From: Peptococcaceae bacterium
GTDB lineage: Bacteria > Bacillota > Desulfotomaculia > Desulfotomaculales > JACDOK01
Assembly: GCA_017656185.1 (NCBI GenBank)
Contig: JACDOK010000009.1
Span: 1,227-65,226, forward strand
Direction: 5' to 3'
DNA length: 64,000 nucleotides
The position numbers and the translations under genes are program-made. This document shows, piece after piece, positions 28,908 through 37,364 of the stretch (within the stretch, counting starts at the first letter, position 1; each line of letters starts with the position of its first letter). The notes under the pieces are model-generated. The model made no database searches, was not told the DNA's origin, and saw only the letters and a list, made by a program, of their open reading frames with translations.

Positions 28908-31157
28908 ATGAGGAAAAGGAGTTTATTGTGGACGGCGGTATTACTGGTTGTATCCCTTTGTTTTGCGGGGGCGGCGGCTGCCGGTACTGTTGTAACTGTT
29001 GTAGAGGAAGCCGTTCCGGTAAAGAAGGCAGCACCGGGCGTGCCGGCGGCCGAACCGGAAGGAGAATTGATGCTGGCCACACCGGAGGACGCCATCGAGC
29101 GGGCCAGTGAGCTTTTCCCGGCAGTGGTGCAGAGTAAGGAAAAGGAACTGGAGGTGCATTTCAGCGACAGCCGCTATGAAGGACGGAGAATGTGGCACGT
29201 GAGTTATCACCCGCACAGGCCCGGTCCGGACTACGGTTATTTCAGTGTTTCCCTGGCCGCAGACACGGGCGAGTTGTTTGGCTATAACTACCGCCCGGAA
29301 CCCGGTGCCTTGGAAGGTAAAAAACGGGTAGTTACCCGCGCGGAGGCACTGCAAATCGCACGGGCCTTTGCCCGCAAGTACCAGTCGGAAAGGCTGGCCA
29401 AGATGCAGCTGGATGCCGATTACAACCGGCATCGCTACGGGGAAGCCCTCGACCTGAGTTACGGTTTCCGCTGGCACCAGGTCATCGATGGAGTACCGTT
29501 TAATGACAACAGCATCTATGTCAGGGTGGATGCTGTGTCCGGGCAGGTTACCGATTTCCGCTGCACGTGGCGGGAAGACGGGGAACTGCCGGAGCAAGGT
29601 GCCAAAATGGACGCTGCAGCGTTCACCAGTCGGGTAGTTGAAAAACTGGGACTTTACCCTTGTTATGTTGTAGATCCGGAGACGGAGCGCACAGGACTGC
29701 CGGACGCCATCCTGGTTTATCGCCTCAACACACCTTACCACCAGTTTGATGCCGTAACAGGTAAAGCTCTGGGTCCCGGTGGCAATATAGTGGATTGGGC
29801 TGATGCCAGGAAATATGATCGGGACTTCACTCCTGTTCCGGCGCCGGAACGGGCAACGGGTTATGATCAGCTCCAAGAGCATCTCAGCCCTGTTCAGGTA
29901 CAGAAAATTGCCGCTGCCTTCTTTAAGAAGCTCGGGCTGGAAGGTCGGGTGGAACGTTCCGGGGGCGGCAGCAGCGTTGGCCCGGGCTACCGCGAGGAAT
30001 ACTGGAGCTACCGCCTGGTGCGCGAAAAACCATATGAACACCGGGAGGTCAGTATCAATGCCCGCACCGGGGAAGTGAGATCGTATCATTCCGAAATTGA
30101 CCGCGGAAAACAGGACCGTAAGGGTGAAGGCATTTCCCTGCAGGAGGCGCAGCAGGCAGCCCGGGAGTTTTTAAAGCTGGTACGGCTGGACAACCTGGAC
30201 GAAATGGTTCTGCAGCAGGAACCCGAAAATTGGAAACTGGAGATGGCCTACCCGGAGGGACCTCCTGAGTACAACTTTACATACGTGCGCTTGGTCAACG
30301 GTATACCTTATGAACAAAGTACTGTAAGTGTTTCGGTCGACCGTTTCACCGGGAAAGTTGTGCGTTTCTACAGCCACGAGCGACCGGTGAAAACTTTTGA
30401 AGCTACTGCAGGCGTATTGCCGGAAGCCAAGGCTGTGGAGGCATTTAAAGAGTACCAACCTTTTACACTGGGTTATGAACGAATGCACGACTGGGAGAAC
30501 GAAACCGAGAAGGTCGTGCTGGCTTACTGTTTAGATTACGGCTACGGCATTGATGCCCATACGGGCGAAGAGGTAAAGCGGGACGGTACCAAAAAAGAAA
30601 CGCTCTCCTATAATACCAAACTGCAGTCCCACTGGGCACGCATACCTTTAACCCTGCTGGCGGACAGTGGATTGCTTCCGCCTCCGGAGGAGTTTAATCC
30701 AAACGGGACCGTAAACCGGCGGGACGGCCTGCGCGTACTGGCAGCTGCTATGATGCGGTACTACTACCCGGAAGGCCCGACTAAGTCTCCCTTCCAGGAC
30801 GTTGCGGATAACGACAAGGATCTAATGGCGATAAAATTAGCCGTAGACCGCGGGGTTATCAAGGCCGGGGGTAAATTACGACCCGACGCTCCCCTGACGC
30901 GAGAAGACCTGGCTGTATGGCTGGTCAATGCCCTCGGTTACAAGAAAATTGCCACCGCGCCTATCGATATGGCTGTAAACTTTAAAGATGCCTCTAAGAT
31001 CGGCGAAGGTAAGAAAAATGCGGTAGCCATTGCATCAGGCCTTAATTACATGAATGGTGATCAAACCGGTAGCTTCCGCCCACGCGATCCCGTTACTTGG
31101 GCCGAGCTTGCCAGCGTAATTGTACGGGCGGCGCCGGATTTAAACTGGCGGTACTAA
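28908..31157 (+). CDS. Secreted cell-wall protein with PepSY-like repeats and C-terminal SLH-like domains
   Basis: 749 aa. Signal peptide (LLVVSLCFAGAAAAG). Repeated PepSY-like segments. The C-terminal ~180 aa has SLH-like F(Q/K)D(V/A)..G..RP...(L/V)TR(E/A)(D/E)LA patterns. RBS AAAGGAGG. Confidence 0.7.
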   Translation: MRKRSLLWTAVLLVVSLCFAGAAAAGTVVTVVEEAVPVKKAAPGVPAAEPEGELMLATPEDAIERASELFPAVVQSKEKELEVHFSDSRYEGRRMWHVSYHPHRPGPDYGYFSVSLAADTGELFGYNYRPEPGALEGKKRVVTRAEALQIARAFARKYQSERLAKMQLDADYNRHRYGEALDLSYGFRWHQVIDGVPFNDNSIYVRVDAVSGQVTDFRCTWREDGELPEQGAKMDAAAFTSRVVEKLGLYPCYVVDPETERTGLPDAILVYRLNTPYHQFDAVTGKALGPGGNIVDWADARKYDRDFTPVPAPERATGYDQLQEHLSPVQVQKIAAAFFKKLGLEGRVERSGGGSSVGPGYREEYWSYRLVREKPYEHREVSINARTGEVRSYHSEIDRGKQDRKGEGISLQEAQQAAREFLKLVRLDNLDEMVLQQEPENWKLEMAYPEGPPEYNFTYVRLVNGIPYEQSTVSVSVDRFTGKVVRFYSHERPVKTFEATAGVLPEAKAVEAFKEYQPFTLGYERMHDWENETEKVVLAYCLDYGYGIDAHTGEEVKRDGTKKETLSYNTKLQSHWARIPLTLLADSGLLPPPEEFNPNGTVNRRDGLRVLAAAMMRYYYPEGPTKSPFQDVADNDKDLMAIKLAVDRGVIKAGGKLRPDAPLTREDLAVWLVNALGYKKIATAPIDMAVNFKDASKIGEGKKNAVAIASGLNYMNGDQTGSFRPRDPVTWAELASVIVRAAPDLNWRY

Positions 31158-31199
31158 GCCCCGATGGTATAGCAACATAAGCAATCTAATGCGTCTTTG

Positions 31200-31241
31200 A
31201 GAGGCACCTGTTTTTTGACAGGTGCCTCTTCCACTTTTTTC
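31200..31241 (+). terminator. Rho-independent terminator
   Basis: AGAGGCACCTGT-TTTTTG-ACAGGTGCCTCT (12-bp perfect stem), followed by TCCACTTTTTT. Confidence 0.8.
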
Positions 31242-31438
31242 AGAAGATTATTGCTATACCCTTATCAGGGCTTTGCAGCAGGAGAGGAGATCAGCCTGAT
31301 CCGGCTGTGGTCTGGGTTATTACAGACCAAAATTGATATCATTATATGCTTATGGTTTTAAAGTACTTTTTGCAGGAAATTGGCCTTGAGAAATAAAAAC
31401 ATAGAAAAATGCAAGGTATTTTCTAACGGTGATAATTA

Positions 31439-31810
31439 ATGAAAATCGTACTAATTGCAGTATCGGGTATGTTGGGGGCTCTGGCACGCTACTTTTTAGC
31501 AGGTTGGGTCTCATCTTTGAATGGCACTGTCTTCCCTTACGGCACTTTGGTTGTTAATGTGGTAGGTAGCTTTCTCATCGGTTTCAGTGCGGTCTTGCTA
31601 TTTGACAAACTAGCGGTTGACCCGTTGTGGCGTGTTTCTATTATGATTGGCTTTCTGGGTTCTTTTACCACCTTTGCAACCTTTGAGCTGGAGACTTTGA
31701 ATCTGATTCAGGAAGGATTAGGATGGTTGGCCTTTGCCAATGTTTTCGGCAGTGTAGCTCTGGGACTGGGCGCTGCTTGGCTGGGCTTTATAACCGCACG
31801 AATGATCTAG
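31439..31810 (+). CDS. crcB: Fluoride ion channel CrcB/FEX
   Basis: 123 aa, 4 TM. GALARY.. and GFLGSFTTFATF motifs. Confidence 0.9.
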   Translation: MKIVLIAVSGMLGALARYFLAGWVSSLNGTVFPYGTLVVNVVGSFLIGFSAVLLFDKLAVDPLWRVSIMIGFLGSFTTFATFELETLNLIQEGLGWLAFANVFGSVALGLGAAWLGFITARMI

Positions 31811-31825
31811 AAAGGATTATCGGGT

Positions 31826-32179
31826 ATGGTCAAAATTAGTGGGAAGGCGAAACTGCTGCAGATCTATATCGGGGAATCCGACCGCTATAAAGGGAAGCCG
31901 TTGTACCGGGCCATAGTCAACCTGGCCAAGAAAGAAGGCCTGGCCGGGGCAACGGTAACCCGGGCTATTCTTGGATTTGGGGCCAACAGCCGCATTCACA
32001 GTGCCAATATTCTGCGTTTGTCGGAAGACCTGCCGGTAATGATAAGTATTGTTGATTCCGAGGAGTACATTAATAAAATCCTCCCCAAATTGGACGAAAT
32101 GGTGCCGGAGGGACTGATTACGGTACAGGATGTAGACATCATTAAATACCGGCCTAATCCGCAAAGTGAAAAACAGTAA
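31826..32179 (+). CDS. DUF190 (PII-like) protein commonly paired with crcB
   Basis: 117 aa. LLQIYIGESDRYKGKPLY..A.VTRAILGFG. Confidence 0.85.
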   Translation: MVKISGKAKLLQIYIGESDRYKGKPLYRAIVNLAKKEGLAGATVTRAILGFGANSRIHSANILRLSEDLPVMISIVDSEEYINKILPKLDEMVPEGLITVQDVDIIKYRPNPQSEKQ

Positions 32180-32207
32180 GTGCCCGGCTTATTCCAACGG
32201 ACTGATG

Positions 32208-32240
32208 ACCTCTACCGTAAGGTAGGGGTTTGTGTTTTAT
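32208..32240 (+). terminator. Rho-independent terminator of crcB-DUF190
   Basis: ACCTCTACC-GTAA-GGTAGGGGT followed by TTGTGTTTTAT. Confidence 0.75.
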
Positions 32241-32304
32241 GGTGGCATTCTTAATGTTCTTGCGCTTGGAGGCTAAAACGTTTTCTATATACTTCTTTAT
32301 CAAA

Positions 32305-32333
32305 TTGCCATCTTTTGGCATATACTGTATAAA
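32305..32333 (+). promoter_or_regulatory. SigA-like promoter (TTGCCA-N17-TATAAA)
   Basis: Hexamers with 17-nt spacing, ~30 nt upstream of a strong RBS (AAAGGAGG) and an 18-codon ORF. Confidence 0.4.
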
Positions 32334-32362
32334 TTAACGTTAAACAACAAAGGAGGATTATA

Positions 32363-32419
32363 ATGCTTAGGAAACGCTTCATGCTGCCGCGGGTGGCGCA
32401 CTGTAAGGGTGGCTGCTGA
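32363..32419 (+). CDS. Candidate 18-aa peptide MLRKRFMLPRVAHCKGGC
   Basis: ATG 7 nt after AAAGGAGG. Followed by a small hairpin CCCGC-TTGC-GCGGG. No homology assessable by eye. Confidence 0.25.
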   Translation: MLRKRFMLPRVAHCKGGC

Positions 32420-32473
32420 CTTTAGTCCTGGGCATGACGTTAAACTGCCCGCTACTTTTGCCCCGCTTGCGCG

Positions 32474-32690
32474 GGATTTAATTAGACAGGATTAACAGGA
32501 TTAACTAGATTAGGGTTGTTCGGGTATTTCTTTGGGGTCCGTATTTTAGACAGGATTAGACAGGATTAACAGGATTGGGGGTTTTGGGATTTTTTGGGAA
32601 TACCCAAAACAAAGAATTTTATATTCTACTGAATCTCTACTGAATTTCTACCGGATCTCTACCGGATACTCTACCGTACATTTTGGACAA
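32474..32690. repeat. Mosaic intergenic repeat locus: CAGGATT word arrays, GGGTATT/GGAATACCC modules, and a 5 x 11-nt tandem array (32624-32678)
   Basis: Five exact CAGGATT heptamers and three GGGA(T/A). 11-nt units TTCTACTGAAT/CTCTACTGAAT/TTCTACCGGAT/CTCTACCGGAT/ACTCTACCGTA. Confidence 0.75.
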
Positions 32691-32760
32691 GGGTAACCGC
32701 CGGGTTGCGGCGAAGGAATATTTATATATCGGTCAATAAATACTGGGAAAGAGTGATAAG

Positions 32761-32940
32761 TTGGTAGGGTTGCTTCTTGCACTTGTTTCTGCGTTTCTTC
32801 TCGTCACGCTGCTGGCGAAGGTGTACGGTTTACAGCGCCGGGTAAATGACTTAGGAAAGAAACTCGACGATATGGAGAAGAGACTTAAGAAAATACGCTA
32901 TGACGGTCCCTTTATTGACGTTGAGGATGAAAAAATTTAG
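32761..32940 (+). CDS. Candidate 59-aa membrane-anchored coiled-coil protein
   Basis: TTG start. VGLLLALVSAFLLVTLLA (TM) then RRVNDLGKKLDDMEKRLKKI. Below the ORF-track length cut-off. Confidence 0.35.
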   Translation: MVGLLLALVSAFLLVTLLAKVYGLQRRVNDLGKKLDDMEKRLKKIRYDGPFIDVEDEKI

Positions 32941-33004
32941 GAAGTGAGAGACTAACCGGTTCTGCGGGAGTGGTTGAAAAAAGATAATGATTAATAGCTG
33001 CAAT

Positions 33005-33628
33005 CTATTTGGCTTTGCTTTGGAAGCCCCAAGACAATATGCATTTGTCTTCTGTGTAGACGTTATTGGTTGCCCCTAGTTCAAATTTATCTGCCGACCA
33101 AGAACTTGAGAGGGAGTGATACCCGCCCTCCGATTGCTGTTCCTCGGTATATTTACCGAAGTATGTCGTATAGAATTCCTGCAGGTGTTGGTACAACTCT
33201 GTTGAGACCGTTTTATCAAGTTCATCCAGCCGAAAGTAATAGCTATACAACCGGTTATCCTTGAAATTGAACTCCAACTTGGCTTCCCTATCAAAAATGT
33301 GGATGTTTAAAAACGCTTCGTAAAGACCCCTTTTACCTAGACTCTCTAGGTCACCTTCCGGCATTAATTCACTAACGGTAGGAAAGAGACTTTTAACTTC
33401 TTCATAGCTGGCACCGAGCGGCAAGTAATTGATGAGAAGTAATTTTTCCTCATCAGTCCGCAAGGTGTAGAGGACGGGTGCGGTGTCATTGTTATCGTCA
33501 GTGTTTTGAGACTGAGAGGCAGCTTTGTACTCACTGTCGGCCTGGTTCTGACATCCTGTAAGCGGGATAGAAATCACTAAGAGCAATAAACAAAGGATTG
33601 CGTACAGGGAATATTTATGACGTGACAT
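33005..33628 (-). CDS. Hypothetical lipoprotein
   Basis: 207 aa. Signal peptide with lipobox (ISIPLTGC). RBS GAGGGGAG. Confidence 0.7.
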   Translation of the reverse strand: MSRHKYSLYAILCLLLLVISIPLTGCQNQADSEYKAASQSQNTDDNNDTAPVLYTLRTDEEKLLLINYLPLGASYEEVKSLFPTVSELMPEGDLESLGKRGLYEAFLNIHIFDREAKLEFNFKDNRLYSYYFRLDELDKTVSTELYQHLQEFYTTYFGKYTEEQQSEGGYHSLSSSWSADKFELGATNNVYTEDKCILSWGFQSKAK

Positions 33629-33732
33629 TACTTTCTCCCCTCTGTAACTAAGATGCTTTATAATCTTTATTATAATATTGACGGGAAACTATTAGAAATG
33701 GTTTTTGCCGAAAACCGTTATTTATATTGCTT

Positions 33733-33830
33733 CTGTCTGAAACAAAGCTATCTGAAACAAAGGCCCCCAAAGGAATACCCAAAACTATACTAATTTTAGT
33801 CCGGTTAATCCTGTGAATCCTGTCTAAAAT
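33733..33830. repeat. Mosaic intergenic repeat locus (reverse orientation): CTGAAACAAAG doublet, GGAATACCCAAAAC, AATCCTGTGAATCCTGTCTAA
   Basis: The reverse complement reads TTAGACAGGATTCACAGGATTAACCGGA..GTTTTGGGTATTCCTTTGGGGGCC, which matches 32483-32540. Confidence 0.7.
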
Positions 33831-33848
33831 CTGAAGGAGGTCAAAATC

Positions 33849-34307
33849 ATGAGCCAAGAGCTGAAAGAATGGTCGATCGCGGGACAAAAACTGCAGTGTC
33901 CCGTCTGCGGTCACCGGGAATTTTGGCACCGCACCACCCTTATGAACACCCGGCTGGCTACATTTGTTGGTTTTGACTGGGCCAACCAGGAAGCGGACAA
34001 CTTTGTTTGCGGCCGCTGCGGTTATGTCTTGTGGTTTATGGAACCTCCCATTGATCGTGAACAGCCGGAGAAAGTTAGTGATCCCAACGATGTTCATCCC
34101 CAGGTGCGTGCTGAAATCCGGGCCCACGTGGCTAAGAAATACAAATTGGCTTTAGGTGATATTGAGGTAAAGGGAACTCCCTTCGAGGACAAATACCTGG
34201 CTAACACCCCGGGCGGAGTGCTGGTGATAGAGTTGGGCGGTTTCAGCCCGGTTATCCGGGAATGGAACGAGGACGAAGAAGTGCGCGCGTGGTTGAAAAA
34301 AGACTAG
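33849..34307 (+). CDS. Hypothetical zinc-ribbon protein
   Basis: 152 aa. CPVCGH...CGRCGY four-Cys ribbon. RBS GAAGGAGG. Confidence 0.65.
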   Translation: MSQELKEWSIAGQKLQCPVCGHREFWHRTTLMNTRLATFVGFDWANQEADNFVCGRCGYVLWFMEPPIDREQPEKVSDPNDVHPQVRAEIRAHVAKKYKLALGDIEVKGTPFEDKYLANTPGGVLVIELGGFSPVIREWNEDEEVRAWLKKD

Positions 34308-36007
34308 GGTCCGGTGCCCATCCCGCTGATGTAGTAGCTGTCTTGGGTTTTGACAACCGTAACGAATTGCACCTTGCCTTTGATCCAGTCTCCCTCCATT
34401 CGGCCGTTGCCTGCGGTCCAGTAAGTGTGGGGCACGGTGGGTTTAACGTCGAAATCAACCGTGAAAACGAACCCGTTTTCTTTAAGTTCAGTAACCTGGA
34501 CGGTATTGATCCTGTATGCCTCAAGCCTGGCCTGATCGGCAAATTCCGGCGCTTGAAACCGTTCAAGGTGCTGCTTAAACAACGACTTGCCTATCTCTTC
34601 CCATGTCCGTCCCCGGGCTTCTTCTTGTGATACTGCTGCCCGGTAGACAGTGTTGGTGATCTGCGCCCGGTCGATCTCAAACGTCCAGGGACCGTCGACC
34701 TGCACGGTAGGTTTCTTAAAGATTAGTTCTACTTCATTACCTTCCGATAGGTTATCCGGGTATATTTTGAAATAGAGTATTTGGCCGGTCTGTTGATCGA
34801 GTTTAGCCATCCATCCCCAGCTTGGGTGATCTGATACCGGATCGACTTTAAACCCGATCAATGTACGTAGGGTGGGCTTTCCGAGGTCGACGTTGACCTG
34901 CAGCACCCTCCCGTTTAGCGTCTGTACTTTCGTAATAGTGAATGTACTGCGACCCAGGCTAACGCTTTTGTTTAAAACGTGCGATGCTCCTTCCTCCGGG
35001 ATGGGCAGCTTCACCCTAGCTTCACCTGGTTCTTCAATGACTAGGGCAGGTATGGCAAGATTAAGCACATCGCTGGCTGCATCGACGGCTGCAAAGCGCA
35101 GGTTTTGCGTATTGTTTTCAAGCAATTCATATACTTTGCCGGTGTCATCTTTCAGTACCGGCAAAGTTTTCTGCCGTGGATAGTCCCCCACGCTAACCAC
35201 CTTTGATTTGGGATGGTCTAACTGAAATACCAGGTTTGTCACCAGCTCAGTGTCCCGCAATTCCGGGACAGCCGTAATGGTAATACCTTGGGCTGACGCC
35301 GAAATCCCCACTTCATCCAGACCGGCAAGGGAGTCCCCCTTTACTAGGTAAATACGCGTGGTTAGTTCTTCGTGGCCTGGAATTACCAGCTGTACATAAC
35401 TGGTGTCTTGCGGCAAAGGGGCAAAGCGGAACCAACCTTCTACGGGTCCGTTACCACCGCTGTAGGTATGACTGCTTTTGGTGAGGAGTTTTGCTCCGTC
35501 TTCATCAATAAGGTATGGTTTTTCAAACCTCGCGTCTATGCGCCATACGTTGGTCGCTCTGATGTGTAAATCCGTCTTCTCGTTATTACCGCAGAGCCCT
35601 AGTATCTCAAGCCTTTTTTTACCGCTTTCGACCACTAAGGGGCTGGCGGCGGCAAGAAATCCCGGCTCTTCACCATCCTCAACACTGATACCGGCAGTAA
35701 AACCAGGCACGTAGCGTAACAGCCCTTCGATCCCGGCAACTACCTTTTGCGGCCCGGCAGCAATCGTGAAGACAACGGCGAGTATCAGGACGGCAGCAGC
35801 AACTCTGATGCTGAATGCATACCAAAACGGCATCCGCTTTTTACAGGATGACCGGGACATGGTGCGTTCTTTAATGCGGTTCAAAGACCCTGCGGGGGGC
35901 ACCGGGCCTTCCTGGTCCAGCCAATCTGCCAGGTCTTCGGGCATCCCTGCCGCGTTCAGCTCTTTGATAAACTCCTGTTCTTCAGGGCTGAATTCCTTTG
36001 TATCCAC
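34304..36007 (-). CDS. Putative anti-sigma factor (single-pass membrane protein with a large extracytoplasmic domain)
   Basis: Follows the ECF sigma gene. A GTG at 36007 overlaps the sigma stop (TAGTG) and is preceded by GGGGTGA. One TM segment (FSIRVAAAVLILAVVFTIAAG). The ORF-track start of 36070 would overlap the sigma gene by 64 nt. Confidence 0.6.
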   Translation of the reverse strand: MDTKEFSPEEQEFIKELNAAGMPEDLADWLDQEGPVPPAGSLNRIKERTMSRSSCKKRMPFWYAFSIRVAAAVLILAVVFTIAAGPQKVVAGIEGLLRYVPGFTAGISVEDGEEPGFLAAASPLVVESGKKRLEILGLCGNNEKTDLHIRATNVWRIDARFEKPYLIDEDGAKLLTKSSHTYSGGNGPVEGWFRFAPLPQDTSYVQLVIPGHEELTTRIYLVKGDSLAGLDEVGISASAQGITITAVPELRDTELVTNLVFQLDHPKSKVVSVGDYPRQKTLPVLKDDTGKVYELLENNTQNLRFAAVDAASDVLNLAIPALVIEEPGEARVKLPIPEEGASHVLNKSVSLGRSTFTITKVQTLNGRVLQVNVDLGKPTLRTLIGFKVDPVSDHPSWGWMAKLDQQTGQILYFKIYPDNLSEGNEVELIFKKPTVQVDGPWTFEIDRAQITNTVYRAAVSQEEARGRTWEEIGKSLFKQHLERFQAPEFADQARLEAYRINTVQVTELKENGFVFTVDFDVKPTVPHTYWTAGNGRMEGDWIKGKVQFVTVVKTQDSYYISGMGTGP

Positions 36008-36567
36008 TATTTCACCCCTGTATTTCCGTTGGTGAGCAGTTGTTCCTTCATCTTTTGGCGGATACGCCACAAACGGTTGTGTACGGCCTGCTGTGTCAAA
36101 CCGTAATCCCGGGCCAGCCGGTCAATGCTCTCAAAACAGTAGTACCGCCGGTATACCATTTCCCGGTCAAAGGCGTCGAGGTCCTGTAGTATTTTGCGCA
36201 GTACCTGCCGGGACTCAACGCAGTTAAATTCGTCTTCAGAGCGGTGGTCCGGCCGGAGGTCGCTAATAACTGCCGCCGTTTCCCTGCTGCGGGACAGGCG
36301 CCGTCTGGCGTCGAGGGCCTGGTATTTGGCCAGCATCAAAAGCCAGGTGCGGAAGGAACCGCGTTCCGACTCGTATTCCCAGATGCGTCCCCAGGCCGCG
36401 AGAAAGACATCGCTGACACATTCCTCGATGTCTTCTTGTCCGCCCTGGCCGGACAGGATGCGGGCGCACAAGGCATAAACAGGTTTACCGTATTTATCGA
36501 TGGCACTGGCCAGACTGCTGCTGTTGCGCTGCAGTATTCCGTCAACAAGTAAACGATCTTCTTCCAC
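36007..36567 (-). CDS. ECF-type RNA polymerase sigma-70 family factor
   Basis: 186 aa. Region 2 (DVFLAAW..ERGSFRTWL) and region 4 (ESIDRLARDYGLTQQAVHNRLWR). Confidence 0.85.
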   Translation of the reverse strand: MEEDRLLVDGILQRNSSSLASAIDKYGKPVYALCARILSGQGGQEDIEECVSDVFLAAWGRIWEYESERGSFRTWLLMLAKYQALDARRRLSRSRETAAVISDLRPDHRSEDEFNCVESRQVLRKILQDLDAFDREMVYRRYYCFESIDRLARDYGLTQQAVHNRLWRIRQKMKEQLLTNGNTGVK

Positions 36568-36796
36568 GGTGCACCTCTGGAATTAAGAATCGATAGAACA
36601 ATGATATGACATTGTACTTCTGCCTTCCTTGGGTCGTCCTAAATCTCTTCACCCTAAAGGCTGCTTTTACTTCTTACTACGTTCCGATACAGGGGATTTT
36701 CCCAAAGAATTTTTATTGGTACACAGAAGGTGTCACGCTTACGTCAAACCATTACCTGCTGTATCGCGTCTTGATAATGAGAATGTGCAAGGGAAG

Positions 36797-37324
36797 ATGA
36801 TACAAGTGAAAATCAGTGCCTTGATAAAGAATATTGGCTGGTGGGGGGCAGTCCCTGCCGTCCTGGCGGCCTTTTTAATCCTCGGTTTTAAAGTGATGGA
36901 GCAGAGCTTCAATGCAACTACGGCGCGTGTTCTGCTCATTATTGCCGTATGGTATACGGTAGGAATAGTAGGGTATGGTTTCGGCCTCAACAAGTATTAC
37001 CGTTTAAAGCTTACGACCCGGCAGGTATCAACCGTACTTTTTGTAACCGGCCTTTTAAGTATCGTCTTTGTTAGTGCTGCAGCGTATCTTTGGCTTTTTC
37101 CAGGTGGGGAGTATCGTAATCCTGGTGGCCCCGGCGGTTTATTCGGGAGTATTCTTCTGGCTCTTTTAAGCCTATGGCTTTCCTTTTCGGCAAGTATCAG
37201 TGTTTTAGCGCGTCTTTCCTGGAAAAGGTTCGGGGTGGTGCTTCTGATTACCGGAGCAATCCTGGGCTTATGGACGTTTCTTTTGTTATTCTTATTTATG
37301 GGTGGGTTTCAACCGGGCATTTAG
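36797..37324 (+). CDS. Hypothetical polytopic membrane protein
   Basis: ~5 hydrophobic helices. Start chosen at the ATG (MIQVKISALIKN); the upstream part of ORF 36629 looks non-coding. Confidence 0.55.
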   Translation: MIQVKISALIKNIGWWGAVPAVLAAFLILGFKVMEQSFNATTARVLLIIAVWYTVGIVGYGFGLNKYYRLKLTTRQVSTVLFVTGLLSIVFVSAAAYLWLFPGGEYRNPGGPGGLFGSILLALLSLWLSFSASISVLARLSWKRFGVVLLITGAILGLWTFLLLFLFMGGFQPGI

Positions 37325-37364
37325 TATGGCCGTTTTAAGTGAGCGGTAAGGTGGGGAAAGGTCT

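Noticed and set aside
32195-32240. Fluoride-riboswitch-like 3' segment (AACGGACTGATGACCTCTACC + terminator) downstream of DUF190
   Set aside because: CUGAUGACCUCUAC resembles the conserved 3' strand of the crcB motif, and the terminator overlaps it as in real fluoride riboswitches. However, no 5' half (GGnGAUG..CnCC), no P3 hairpin and no pseudoknot partner are present, and no gene follows it. It is treated as the operon terminator. I also found no convincing fluoride riboswitch in 31158-31438 upstream of crcB.
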